From the NCBI GenBank assembly GCA_019358935.1, contig JAHHIK010000089.1, positions 1 to 35,253 of the forward strand: a stretch of DNA of 35,253 nucleotides, in the 5' to 3' direction. Positions 7,832 to 17,361 of this stretch are shown here, piece by piece. A program made the translations under genes and the position numbers. Within the stretch, counting starts at the first letter, position 1; every line of letters starts with the position of its first letter. Source of the DNA: Tolypothrix carrinoi HA7290-LM1 (GTDB lineage Bacteria; Cyanobacteriota; Cyanobacteriia; Cyanobacteriales; Nostocaceae). Below the pieces are notes generated by a model that ran no database searches, was not told where the DNA came from, and was given only the letters and a program-made list of their open reading frames with translations.

Positions 7832-9004
7832 ATGTTTGTGAACAAAATGAAGGCTAATCTGCCCTTTGTTTCAGTTATTATTCCTGCTTATAACGCAGAG
7901 GCATTTATTGGTCGGACATTAGAATCTGTCCTCGCGCAAACTTACGAAAATATCGAAGTTTTAGTAGTTGATGATGGTTCTAGAGATAGAACTGCGGAAA
8001 TTGTGGCATCTTTTGCCGAAAAAGACAGTCGTGTAATTTTATTGGAACAGCAAAATGCTGGAGTTGCCGCTGCGCGTAATTTAGCAATAGAAAAGTCGAG
8101 AGGGGAATATATCGCACCCCTGGACGCTGATGATATTTGGTATCCCTCTAAGCTTGACAAACAAGTGCAATGCATATTAGAGGGGGGTTCATCTGTAGGA
8201 TTAGTTTATGCCTGGTCGTTATTTATTGACGAAGATGATGTAATTATCGGACAATATACGCCTTATAATTATTTGAACATTCACAGCGTACAGGGAGAAG
8301 TTTACCCAGCTATGCTGTTTACCAATTTTATCGGCAACGCTAGTGCCCCACTGATTCGTCGAACTTGTTTTGAGAAAGTTGGTGGTTACAACTGCGAACT
8401 TAAACAGCAAAATGCTCAAGGTTGCGAAGATTGGGATATGTACCTGCGAATTGCTGAATGTTATCAGTTTCGGGTTGTGCCTGAGTTTTTGATTGGTTAT
8501 CGTCAAGTTAGTGTCAGTATGTCTAACAGTTGTAAGACAATGGCAAAGTCTTACAATTTAGTTATGGCAGATTTCCAAAAACGACATCGGGAAATTCCTA
8601 CTTATATATATAATTGGTCTGCCAGTGCTTTTTACGTCTACCTCTCATGGAAAAGTAGAGCTTGCGGCGATTATTGGACTACTTTAGGATGGATATATAA
8701 TGCTGTAAAATTGGATTATAGTCCGCTTTTGTTAAGACCAATTTATCAATGCGTTATTGAATGTATTTTCAAAATCGCATTTAAACCGATAACGTCTTTG
8801 ATTTGGTCAGATCATCACTCTTGGTTGCAGTTCTTAGAAAAATTTAAACTTGTTCGGAAAGTAGCTGTTAATCGCAACATCACAGTTACTGAAATTCAGG
8901 GACAAATGTATAAACCATACCAATATCCCACCAAACCATATGCAAGAGTGATGGGGCAAAGATGGTTGCAAGTGTTACAAATGTGTCGGACGATATATGA
9001 ATAA
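7832..9004 (+). CDS. Glycosyltransferase family 2 (GT-A)
   Basis: Motifs VSVIIPAYNAE, VVDDGSRD, NAGVAAARN, PLDADD and CEDWDMYLR. The start could be 7847. Confidence 0.95.
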   Translation: MFVNKMKANLPFVSVIIPAYNAEAFIGRTLESVLAQTYENIEVLVVDDGSRDRTAEIVASFAEKDSRVILLEQQNAGVAAARNLAIEKSRGEYIAPLDADDIWYPSKLDKQVQCILEGGSSVGLVYAWSLFIDEDDVIIGQYTPYNYLNIHSVQGEVYPAMLFTNFIGNASAPLIRRTCFEKVGGYNCELKQQNAQGCEDWDMYLRIAECYQFRVVPEFLIGYRQVSVSMSNSCKTMAKSYNLVMADFQKRHREIPTYIYNWSASAFYVYLSWKSRACGDYWTTLGWIYNAVKLDYSPLLLRPIYQCVIECIFKIAFKPITSLIWSDHHSWLQFLEKFKLVRKVAVNRNITVTEIQGQMYKPYQYPTKPYARVMGQRWLQVLQMCRTIYE

Positions 9005-9076
9005 AATTGGGAAAATTTGCGCCGTCAGTTCAGATGCACGGCGCGTGTTGAATGTCAATAAAAAATTGTAGATACT

Positions 9077-9105
9077 GTAGAGACGTGACAATGGAACGTC
9101 TCTAC
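9077..9105. repeat. GTAG-type REP-like palindrome
   Basis: GTAGAGACG-N11-CGTCTCTAC; a second copy lies at 27885-27915. Confidence 0.8.
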
Positions 9106-9216
9106 GATTGTTGGATGGCATCGGTTGCGATCGCCTACAAGAGTGCAAAATTTCCTGCTTTCCTCAAATAATATAAAATTATAAATAGAAATATTAAGAA
9201 ATATGTAAAAGTATCT

Positions 9217-10710
9217 ATGCCAAGCGATCGCGTCATCGTCATCGGTGCAGGAATCGGTGGACTCACTGCTGGGGCTTTATTAGCTCATAGAGGCTACAGC
9301 GTGTTAATTTTGGATCAAGCTCTCGTACCGGGAGGCTGTGCTTCTACCTTCAAACGCAAAGGATTTACCTTTGATGTAGGAGCAACCCAAGTAGCAGGGT
9401 TGGAACCAGGAGGTATTCACCACCGTATTTTCTCGGAATTAGAAATCGAGCTTCCCGAAGCGACACCTTGCGATCCCGCTTGTGCGGTGTATCTTCCGGG
9501 GGAGAAAACACCGATTAACGTTTGGCGCGATCTAGAAAAATGGCAAGAAGAACGTCAACGGCAGTTTCCTGGCAGTGAACCATTCTGGCAATTAATGGCA
9601 GCTTTATTTAAAGCCAGTTGGAAATTTCAAGGACGCGATCCGGTGCTGCCACCGCGCAATATTTGGGACTTGTGGCAGTTGACTAAGGCAGTCCGCTCTG
9701 GTACATTAATTACCGTGCCCTACACTTTGTTTACAGTGGGCGATGCTTTACGAGCTTATAAATTAGGAAGCGATCGCCGTTTAAGGACATTCTTAGATTT
9801 GCAATTAAAGCTGTATTCTCAGGTAAATGCAGAAGAGACAGCATTACTTTATGCAGCGACAGCATTAAGTGTATCACAACTACCGCAAGGATTGTTTCAT
9901 CTGCAAGGTAGTATGCAAGTATTGAGCGATCGCTTAGTTTCAGCCTTGGAAAGAGACGGTGGTAAATTGTTGATGCGCCACACCGTAGAACATATCCACC
10001 TAAAGCATAACAAAGCTGTTGCCGTCGTCATTAAAAATCAGAAAACCGGCGAAGTCTGGACAGAATCAGCCGACCATATAGTTGCAAATGTCACTGTACA
10101 GAACTTAGTGCAACTATTAGGTGAAAAAGCTCCTCGCGGGTATAAAAAGCGAACCGAAAAACTACCCCCCGCATCCGGTGCGTTTGTCATTTATTTGGGT
10201 GTAGACGAAAGCGCTATTCCTCCAGGATGCCCGCCTCATTTACAATTTATGTATGATGCTAATGGTGAGATTGGCGAGAATAATTCGCTATTTGTTTCCG
10301 TCAGCCATCCGGGAGATGGTCGCGCACCTGAAGGGAAAGCAACAATTATTGCTTCATCCTTTGTCGATCCATTACCGTGGTGGCAGACTGAGGATTATGA
10401 AGGCTTAAAACAAAAGTATACAGAAGAAGCGATCGCTCGTCTAGAGCAATACTTCTACTTGAAACCAGAAACGATTATTCATGTAGAAGCAGCAACACCG
10501 CGCACCTTTGCTCATTATACAGCACGCGATCGTGGTATTGTCGGCGGTATTGGTCAAAGAATATCTACTTTCGGTCCCTTTGGTTTCGCCAATCGGACAC
10601 CAATCAAGGATTTATGGTTAGTGGGTGACTCTACCCATCCTGGGGAAGGTACTGCTGGGGTGAGTTATTCGGCTTTGACTGTGGTTAGGCAAATTGAAGC
10701 TGATGGGTAG
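9217..10710 (+). CDS. crtD: Carotenoid C-3',4' desaturase (myxoxanthophyll pathway)
   Basis: FAD-binding VIVIGAGIGGL, FTFDVGATQVAGLEPGGIHHRIF and C-terminal LWLVGDSTHPGEGTAGVSYSA match cyanobacterial CrtD; 497 aa. Confidence 0.85.
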   Translation: MPSDRVIVIGAGIGGLTAGALLAHRGYSVLILDQALVPGGCASTFKRKGFTFDVGATQVAGLEPGGIHHRIFSELEIELPEATPCDPACAVYLPGEKTPINVWRDLEKWQEERQRQFPGSEPFWQLMAALFKASWKFQGRDPVLPPRNIWDLWQLTKAVRSGTLITVPYTLFTVGDALRAYKLGSDRRLRTFLDLQLKLYSQVNAEETALLYAATALSVSQLPQGLFHLQGSMQVLSDRLVSALERDGGKLLMRHTVEHIHLKHNKAVAVVIKNQKTGEVWTESADHIVANVTVQNLVQLLGEKAPRGYKKRTEKLPPASGAFVIYLGVDESAIPPGCPPHLQFMYDANGEIGENNSLFVSVSHPGDGRAPEGKATIIASSFVDPLPWWQTEDYEGLKQKYTEEAIARLEQYFYLKPETIIHVEAATPRTFAHYTARDRGIVGGIGQRISTFGPFGFANRTPIKDLWLVGDSTHPGEGTAGVSYSALTVVRQIEADG

Positions 10711-10718
10711 AAGGTCGG

Positions 10719-10853
10719 ATGAACCACATTATTTTTATCTCACGCAAAGTCAAGCCAGCGCCGTGCGGGGGTTCCCCCCCGTTGAGGCGACTGGCGCGCA
10801 GAGGCGCAAAGGAAGAAATAATGAACCACATTATTTTTATCTCACGCAAAGTC
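10719..10853. repeat. 33-bp perfect direct repeat (10719-10751, 10821-10853) with a small palindromic repeat unit between
   Basis: ATGAACCACATTATTTTTATCTCACGCAAAGTC occurs twice; 10752-10796 belongs to the repeat family seen at 4528-4740. Confidence 0.9.
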
Positions 10854-10862
10854 GTAGTATTT

Positions 10863-10892
10863 GTAGGGTGCGTTACGCATAACGCACCCTAC
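10863..10892. repeat. GTAG-type REP palindrome between convergent genes
   Basis: GTAGGGTGCGTTA-CGCA-TAACGCACCCTAC, a perfect 13-bp stem. Confidence 0.85.
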
Positions 10893-10918
10893 GCATCTAC
10901 AAAATCCGTTACATGTTA

Positions 10919-12397
10919 TTATTTATCGCCAATCGGATTGAGTTCTCCGACAAATTTTAACAAGTCTACCATTGTAAATGTACCGGGATTTTGAGCAGGT
11001 AGTATCGGCTTCCAATCTGGGCAACGCGCCAAAAAGCAGCTGCTATCTGCTTCCAGAAGACCGACAAACACCTCAGCGAGAATGCGACTTCCTACTTGAC
11101 CCAAGCGCTTTCCTTGACCTTGGACTTGCGCTTCTTTGAGGATATAATACCACAGTGGTGACTCAATATGAAAGTTATGCTTGACGGCAACTGCTCCATC
11201 AGCTCCGGTGGAGATTTCAGCCTTAGTCAACGGCTGGAGTTTCATAAACCGAGCTACACTTTGACCGGATGGTAAGCCGAGACTGCGACCGCGCAGCAGG
11301 TTTCTCACAGCCAGCGAATTAGGAGGTGGAACATTCGGCAATTTCTTCAACGGATCAACGAGGAATGGATCTAGCTTGCGGCTAAAACCAACTTGCACAT
11401 TAGGATCGATTTGAAAGAACCTTCTCCAGTCAATGATCCAGTCACTGGGAATAGGAATATCAGCAAAGTCACCCAACTCACCTGATTTGGCAGTGAAAAG
11501 AAACAGCAGTTCTAAAGTAGCAGGTCTGACTCCCCCAGGAAGAAAAGTGAAAACCCGGTTGTAGTCATAAACCGCACGCACCATACTGTGACCGAGACGA
11601 TAGGCAGCTACTGAAAACTCAACAGGGATGAATGGCTCTTCTTTAAATTTGTAGAAGCGTCTGCCTTTAGTCAACACCGTCTCTAGCTGATTTTTGTCAA
11701 GAATGCGAGTCAAAAAATCGTACAGTACAATCCACTGATAGTGCCAAATCACCAATTCTCTGGCTTGTATAAAAACCGATTTGTCAGTAGAATTCTTTGG
11801 TTTAATGCTTCCATCCCTAATGCCTGCAACTATTTTGTTGTGAAACTTCAAAAAAGCTAGGTGCAGTTGTGCAACAATTAAGTTTTCGTCGTTGCGCGAG
11901 TCGCCAAGAATACCCAAAGTACTCTGGGCACGAGGCAGGTCATTGGGCAGTTTAGTCGGAATCGATGGATCTCCTCCTCCTGGCTCTTCGTTGGTTGTCC
12001 CAATTAAAAATAGATCCGGGTCATCGAGTTGGTAGAGATACGGTTGCACATCAGGTCCTGAGCCATAGAGACTATCAAGGTCAAGCCTTGGTGTCCGGAA
12101 ATTTTGCACTGCCAATGGATCGACAAGAGTATCTTGCAGAGCAGTGGTATCAAGGGTTATGTCATGATCGACAAATTGACCCAGATAAGTGAACCCCGCA
12201 GGGACATTTAAATTGTCACCGTCGGGAGTATTTGGGCTTGGATCGTTCATTGCCTCGCCCAATTCAGTCAAACTTTGTTGTGATGGAGTAAAACTCGGCA
12301 ATTTAGGAAACATTCTGCCGAACTTCCCAGTTTCTGTAAATTCACCCAGCGGTTGATTCTCACCTGTGCGAGGGGGAAATCCATGACGTCTACGCAT
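10919..12397 (-). CDS. Heme peroxidase (peroxidase-cyclooxygenase / animal heme peroxidase superfamily)
   Basis: Motifs FTYLGQFVDHDIT (distal His), LDLDSLYG, GDSRNDEN, FLKFHN, EFSVAAYRLGHSM (proximal His) and RNLLRGRSLGLPSG. Confidence 0.92.
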   Translation of the reverse strand: MRRRHGFPPRTGENQPLGEFTETGKFGRMFPKLPSFTPSQQSLTELGEAMNDPSPNTPDGDNLNVPAGFTYLGQFVDHDITLDTTALQDTLVDPLAVQNFRTPRLDLDSLYGSGPDVQPYLYQLDDPDLFLIGTTNEEPGGGDPSIPTKLPNDLPRAQSTLGILGDSRNDENLIVAQLHLAFLKFHNKIVAGIRDGSIKPKNSTDKSVFIQARELVIWHYQWIVLYDFLTRILDKNQLETVLTKGRRFYKFKEEPFIPVEFSVAAYRLGHSMVRAVYDYNRVFTFLPGGVRPATLELLFLFTAKSGELGDFADIPIPSDWIIDWRRFFQIDPNVQVGFSRKLDPFLVDPLKKLPNVPPPNSLAVRNLLRGRSLGLPSGQSVARFMKLQPLTKAEISTGADGAVAVKHNFHIESPLWYYILKEAQVQGQGKRLGQVGSRILAEVFVGLLEADSSCFLARCPDWKPILPAQNPGTFTMVDLLKFVGELNPIGDK

Positions 12398-12492
12398 ATT
12401 TATTACCTTGCGATTGTTGGAGTTCGTTGTCCAATTGAAATGAATTCAATTTGTATCTATCTGTAGTATGGTTAGGACAACTAAGCTCTGGC

Positions 12493-12510
12493 AGTACCCC
12501 TGAGGGTACT
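12493..12510 (-). promoter_or_regulatory. Palindromic candidate activator site upstream of the peroxidase
   Basis: AGTACCC-CTGA-GGGTACT, with a -10-like CATACT on the minus strand at 12470-12465. Confidence 0.35.
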
Positions 12511-12518
12511 ATTTTTAT

Positions 12519-12692
12519 CTAAAAAATATCCTTGCGCTTTTGTAACCAGAAAGCAACAGAATTTGGTAGGGTGCGTTATGGACGGAACGTCCTAACGCAC
12601 CGAAAATCTGGGATGGTGCGATCTTCCTACGGCATAACACACCCTACAAAACTAAAAAATATCCTTGCGCTTTTGTAACCAGAAAGCAACAG
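12519..12692. repeat. 41-bp perfect direct repeat of the ABC gene 3' end (12519-12559, 12652-12692) bracketing a REP doublet (12566-12647)
   Basis: CTAAAAAATATCCTTGCGCTTTTGTAACCAGAAAGCAACAG occurs twice. Between the copies is GTAGGGTGCGTTA...TAACACACCCTAC, an inverted relative of 33324-33399. Confidence 0.9.
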
Positions 12693-15027
12693 TTAAATAA
12701 ATCGCGGTATGCAAACACAAAAGCCCCCAATTTAATTGCAAATTTGTCCAAGTTGCATCATAAACTGGTGTTGGATCAAATGGTCTAGCAACTGTGCTAC
12801 CATCAGGTAATTTCATCGGGTCGGGAATCATTGCATTAATATTAACTAAAGTGCCATAAGCACCTATTGACCAACGACTCAGCATCAACCAGGAAATTTT
12901 ACTAGCAATACCTTCCATTTTGAACAATACACCAGAAAAGATAATTTGAGGTATTAACAATAGAGGTAAAGCACTATTCGCTTGACTGCCATTTTTGACA
13001 ATTGCTGATATTAATAGCCCCAAGCTCATACTAGTTAAAAGTGTGAGAAAAGTAGTAATTGATAATCCTAAATACCAAGATATTAATTTCGGTTCGGGAG
13101 ATTTAAATAATCCAAGTACAACTAAAGAAATTAGCAAAGTTTGCAACAATGCTAAACCTGAAAGAATTGTCAATTTAGAACCAAGATAAGCAAATAAACT
13201 CAAATTTACCAATCTCTCACGCAGGTAAATGGCTGCTTCTTTGACAATTTCTTGTAATGAACTAGAAAGTCCCACCCACAAAGCAGCACAGGTAAATACA
13301 AATAACACTCGCAAGGCTAAAGGTGCGAGTGTTGCATCTGGTTTTGCTGGTAAAATTAAGGGATGGATATCTTTGAGTGCAATGGTGATTAAACTAATGC
13401 CGATAGGTGCGGTTAAAAGCGCTAAAGCAAGATTGATGCGATCGCGTTGCTGAATCTGAAAATATCTTTGGGCAAGAATACCTAATTGTTTTGTAAAAGA
13501 TATACCAGAACCCTGTTTATTACCAGCATTGATTTGTGAAGTTTGATTTCCCGGACTGAGGTGATTGGCAACGTAGCGGCGATAATCATCTGAAGAGTGA
13601 AATTTTTGCGCTTGGTCGATGACAGTTTCCGGTTTTTCTAGCTGGTTGTAGATATCGGCGAAGTCTTCCTTAACGCCAAAAAATCGCAAACATGCATCAG
13701 GGGGACCAAAATAACACAAGCGTCCACCTTGACCGAGAAAAACCACGCGATCGCACAATTTTATATTAGCCGTCGCATGAGTCACCAAAATCACCGTGCG
13801 TCCTTGGTCTGCTAATTTCCGCAATAGTTGCATCATCTTTTTATCCAACCCCGGATCGAGTCCAGATGTTGGTTCATCCAAGAAAAACAACTTCGGATCG
13901 GCTAGTAATTCTACCCCAATACTGACACGTTTGCGCTGTCCTCCACTGAGTTCGCTTACCCTCGCATTGCGACGGTGCGACATTTCCACATCTTGTAAAG
14001 TCTTTTCCACCACCTTTGCGACATCAATATCTGGTGGTAATCGCAACTTTGCAGCGTAGGTAAGTACTTCTGCAACTGTCAATTCTCGGTGAATGATATC
14101 GTCTTGGGGAACATAACCAATCTGCGTGCGATAGATATTGAAGTTTTTTCGCAAGTCTTCCCCATTTAAGTAAATCACACCTTTGGTTATTTGCTCAGTT
14201 CCTAAGAGCGATCGCATCAAAGTTGATTTACCCGCACCGCTTCCCCCCACCAACGCGACAAACTGTCCCGGTTCAATCGCCAAAGAAACATCATCTAATC
14301 GACGCTTACCTTTAGTTTCTAGCACCACATTGCAAGCATCCAGACGAATGCGATCGCCTTGATCGAGTATCTGTAGTTCATCACCACGTACAATTAAGGT
14401 ATATGGTCCAATGCGAATAGTTGCGCCTGGTGATAGTAATGTAGTGCTATTTACTCGCTGTCCGTTAACAAATACACCATTGGTACTGTGGTCGCGTAAA
14501 ATGTAGCGTCCTTGAGCATCTGTATCAATTGTGGCATGATGCCTGGAAATTGTCGGAGCATCTAAAGGTAAAGTAGCGTTAATATCTCGACCAATTAATA
14601 CAGAGCGATTTTTCAGAGAAATTGATTGTAAACCCGGTTTAGTAGCGATCGCTGGGTTAGCAGGATTGTAGTATTTCAACAAAACCTGATTTTGCGGGTT
14701 TTGACCGATATAGATTTCACAACCATTTTTAAGTAAATATCCTGCATCGGTAGTGATGCGACTGTGATTAATATACAGCCCATTTGTACTGGGGTGAATG
14801 CCATCCCCATCATAGATGCGATAGTCTTCCCCTTCTTTGCGTAACACAGCTTGGCAACGTCCGATCACTTGCCAATCTTCGGGAATTACCAGATCGACAG
14901 AATTGCGATCGCGTCCGATTATGTGCTGCGGTTTACTCAGTTCTATGTGTAAAACTTTTCCCTGATTTTTTAACTCTAAGTACTGGTTTGTACTTAGTAA
15001 ATTTTTGTTGCCTATTTTTGTATTCAT
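12652..15027 (-). CDS. FHA-FHA-ABC transporter (fused ATPase and ABC-2 permease, Rv1747-like architecture)
   Basis: Two FHA domains (IIGRD...STNGLYIN; LIGRD...ISRHHA...STNGVFVNG), Walker A GGSGAGKS, signature LSGGQ, Walker B FFLDEPT and six C-terminal hydrophobic segments. Confidence 0.95.
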   Translation of the reverse strand: MNTKIGNKNLLSTNQYLELKNQGKVLHIELSKPQHIIGRDRNSVDLVIPEDWQVIGRCQAVLRKEGEDYRIYDGDGIHPSTNGLYINHSRITTDAGYLLKNGCEIYIGQNPQNQVLLKYYNPANPAIATKPGLQSISLKNRSVLIGRDINATLPLDAPTISRHHATIDTDAQGRYILRDHSTNGVFVNGQRVNSTTLLSPGATIRIGPYTLIVRGDELQILDQGDRIRLDACNVVLETKGKRRLDDVSLAIEPGQFVALVGGSGAGKSTLMRSLLGTEQITKGVIYLNGEDLRKNFNIYRTQIGYVPQDDIIHRELTVAEVLTYAAKLRLPPDIDVAKVVEKTLQDVEMSHRRNARVSELSGGQRKRVSIGVELLADPKLFFLDEPTSGLDPGLDKKMMQLLRKLADQGRTVILVTHATANIKLCDRVVFLGQGGRLCYFGPPDACLRFFGVKEDFADIYNQLEKPETVIDQAQKFHSSDDYRRYVANHLSPGNQTSQINAGNKQGSGISFTKQLGILAQRYFQIQQRDRINLALALLTAPIGISLITIALKDIHPLILPAKPDATLAPLALRVLFVFTCAALWVGLSSSLQEIVKEAAIYLRERLVNLSLFAYLGSKLTILSGLALLQTLLISLVVLGLFKSPEPKLISWYLGLSITTFLTLLTSMSLGLLISAIVKNGSQANSALPLLLIPQIIFSGVLFKMEGIASKISWLMLSRWSIGAYGTLVNINAMIPDPMKLPDGSTVARPFDPTPVYDATWTNLQLNWGLLCLHTAIYLTVAFWLQKRKDIF

Positions 15028-15199
15028 TGAATAATTATGATGATTGATTAAGGTGTGTTTTCATATCTAAATCAACGATAATATGAAAATTTGCCAGAAA
15101 TACGAAGAAAAACAAACAAAATATTTTTAGATATATATATGCAGGGTAATGTATTAAGCATAAAATAAATTTAAGTAACCGTATTGGGGTAAAGAGATA

Positions 15200-16843
15200 A
15201 TGACACCCATACTATTAAAAAATCGCTACCAGGTGATTCGGGTACTGGGTTCGGGTGGGTTTGGTGAAACATTTCTAGCAGAAGATACTCAGATGCCATC
15301 GGGATGCCGATGTGTGATTAAGCAGCTCAAGCCAGTAGCTAATAATGCTCAGGTTTATCAGTTAGTACAAGAACGGTTTCAGCGAGAAGCGGCGATTTTA
15401 GAAGAACTAGGTGGTAACAACAATCAAATTCCTCGGTTAAATGCCTACTTCACAGAAGATGGGCAATTTTATTTAGTACAAGAATATATTGAGGGGCAAA
15501 CTCTAACCCAAAAGTTGCAACAGCAGGGGGTATTGAGTGAGAGTTCAGTCAAAGAAATTTTGATAAATATTTTGCCGGTTCTGGAATACGTCCACAGTAA
15601 GCGGATTGTGCATCGGGATATTAAGCCAGATAACATCATCATTCGCTACACAGACGGGAAACCGATTTTAATCGACTTTGGTGCAGTTAAGGAAACGATG
15701 GGAACAGTAGTGACTGCTTCCGGGAATTCTAACAGGTCGATTGTAATTGGTACACCAGGGTTTATGCCGAGTGAACAAACTGCTGGACGACCTGTATTTG
15801 CCAGTGATTTGTATAGTTTAGGATTAACAGCGATTTATTTGCTCACAGGCAAGATTCCTCAGGAATTGCCAACCGATCCAGCTACTGGTGAGATTGTGTG
15901 GCGACATTTTGCATTATCGTTGAGTCCGAGTTTTGCGGCTGTGTTGGATAAAGCAATTCAATCTCATGCACGCGATCGCTTTTCTGGTGCCAGAGAAATG
16001 CTCGAAGCATTGCAGACTGGTGTAACTCCCATTGCACCTACTATACCTCCATTTGCTGCCACGCAAATATCTGCACCGCCATCCGGAGGATACGTCCAGC
16101 CACCGACAGTGGTATCAGCAGGAGCAATCCCATACCAGCAGCCAGCTTACTATCAGCAAGCAGCACCAGTCAGCAAAGGCATGAGTGATTGGCAAAAAGC
16201 TGTGATTACCGGTGGTGTAATTGGTGCGTGCGTCCTTATTGGTTTAACAGTTATTAACCGCAAAGAAACATCTAACCAACCTCAACCACAACAAACAGTG
16301 GCAGAACAAAACTCCTCTCCAGCACCAGAAAATTCCTCTCCAGCACCAACTTCTTCTGTTTCCGAAAATTCTGGAACATCGCAGCAACCTATCAGCGAGC
16401 CGGAGTCACCAATCGCTACTGCACAAACCTCAGCAATTACCAAAAAAGCAGCATTCGCTTTAATTAATCAGTGGCAACAATCCAAGGCTCAGTTATTTGC
16501 CCCACCATTTAATCGCCAATTAGGAAGTGAATTAACTACAGGTGAAGCATATAGAAAAAATATTGGACAAGGAAGTTCATTAGAATGGCTAGAAGATAAC
16601 AACGCTTATTATCGATATGGTGTACAAAGAATCGATTCTATTGAAAACTTTGTCGCTAATGGCGATCAAGCAACACTTGATATAGTCCTTACAGAAGACC
16701 GCAAACTGTATAAAGATGGAGAAATAGTTAAGGATAAAAATAGCTCATTTGATACAAGTTTAGTTAGATATTCTTTACAACTAGAGAATGGAAAACTAAA
16801 AATTTCTGATTACACAACTGTGAGAGTGATTAATAGTCGTTAA
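15200..16843 (+). CDS. Membrane Ser/Thr protein kinase with a probable C-terminal ARC6-like IMS (DUF4101) domain
   Basis: Kinase motifs GSGGFG, VIKQL, HRDIKPDN, DFG and GTPGFMPSEQ; a transmembrane segment at ~335-352 aa. The tail (ALINQWQQSK...WLEDNNAYYRY...VRYSLQLENGKLKI) resembles an IMS domain. Confidence 0.9.
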   Translation: MTPILLKNRYQVIRVLGSGGFGETFLAEDTQMPSGCRCVIKQLKPVANNAQVYQLVQERFQREAAILEELGGNNNQIPRLNAYFTEDGQFYLVQEYIEGQTLTQKLQQQGVLSESSVKEILINILPVLEYVHSKRIVHRDIKPDNIIIRYTDGKPILIDFGAVKETMGTVVTASGNSNRSIVIGTPGFMPSEQTAGRPVFASDLYSLGLTAIYLLTGKIPQELPTDPATGEIVWRHFALSLSPSFAAVLDKAIQSHARDRFSGAREMLEALQTGVTPIAPTIPPFAATQISAPPSGGYVQPPTVVSAGAIPYQQPAYYQQAAPVSKGMSDWQKAVITGGVIGACVLIGLTVINRKETSNQPQPQQTVAEQNSSPAPENSSPAPTSSVSENSGTSQQPISEPESPIATAQTSAITKKAAFALINQWQQSKAQLFAPPFNRQLGSELTTGEAYRKNIGQGSSLEWLEDNNAYYRYGVQRIDSIENFVANGDQATLDIVLTEDRKLYKDGEIVKDKNSSFDTSLVRYSLQLENGKLKISDYTTVRVINSR

Positions 16844-16856
16844 ATTAGGAAAATAC

Positions 16857-17351
16857 ATGAATAAACTACGTAGAAAAATTTCTCCAGCTTTATTTACCTT
16901 AACTTTAATTTGCTTTTTTCTACCTTTTATTACGGTTTCTTGCAGACAAGAAGAAATCGCAACTTTAAATGGAATTGATTTAGCCATAGGTAAAACGGTT
17001 AGGCAACCAAGCATTTTTGGCAATCAGTCAAAAGAGGAAAAAATTCCGGCAGATCCTTTAGCGACTATCGCTTTAATTTCTGGTGTTATTGGTTTGGGAA
17101 CCAGTTTTATCAAAGCGAAAAAAAGCGCGATCGCTCCAGCAGGTGCTGGTATCGTCGGTTTTATTTTGCTGCTGATGCTCAAGTCCAAAATCGACAGCGA
17201 AATCGTCAAACAAGGGCAAGGTTTACTTTTAGTCAGCTACGGTTTTGGATTTTGGCTAGCATTTATATTTTTTATTTCCGCAACCTTCCTGAATGTTTAT
17301 AGCCTGATCGATTCTCAAAAAGACGACGAACCAACACATCCTGTTGAATAA
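16857..17351 (+). CDS. Hypothetical membrane protein (4 predicted transmembrane segments)
   Basis: 164-aa ORF with four hydrophobic stretches and an FFLPFITVSC motif; 13 bp downstream of the kinase gene. Confidence 0.8.
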   Translation: MNKLRRKISPALFTLTLICFFLPFITVSCRQEEIATLNGIDLAIGKTVRQPSIFGNQSKEEKIPADPLATIALISGVIGLGTSFIKAKKSAIAPAGAGIVGFILLLMLKSKIDSEIVKQGQGLLLVSYGFGFWLAFIFFISATFLNVYSLIDSQKDDEPTHPVE

Positions 17352-17361
17352 GGTATAATTC

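Noticed and set aside
10694..10994. ORFs with an internal peptide duplication
   Set aside because: They arise from the 33-bp direct repeat and REP between convergent genes.
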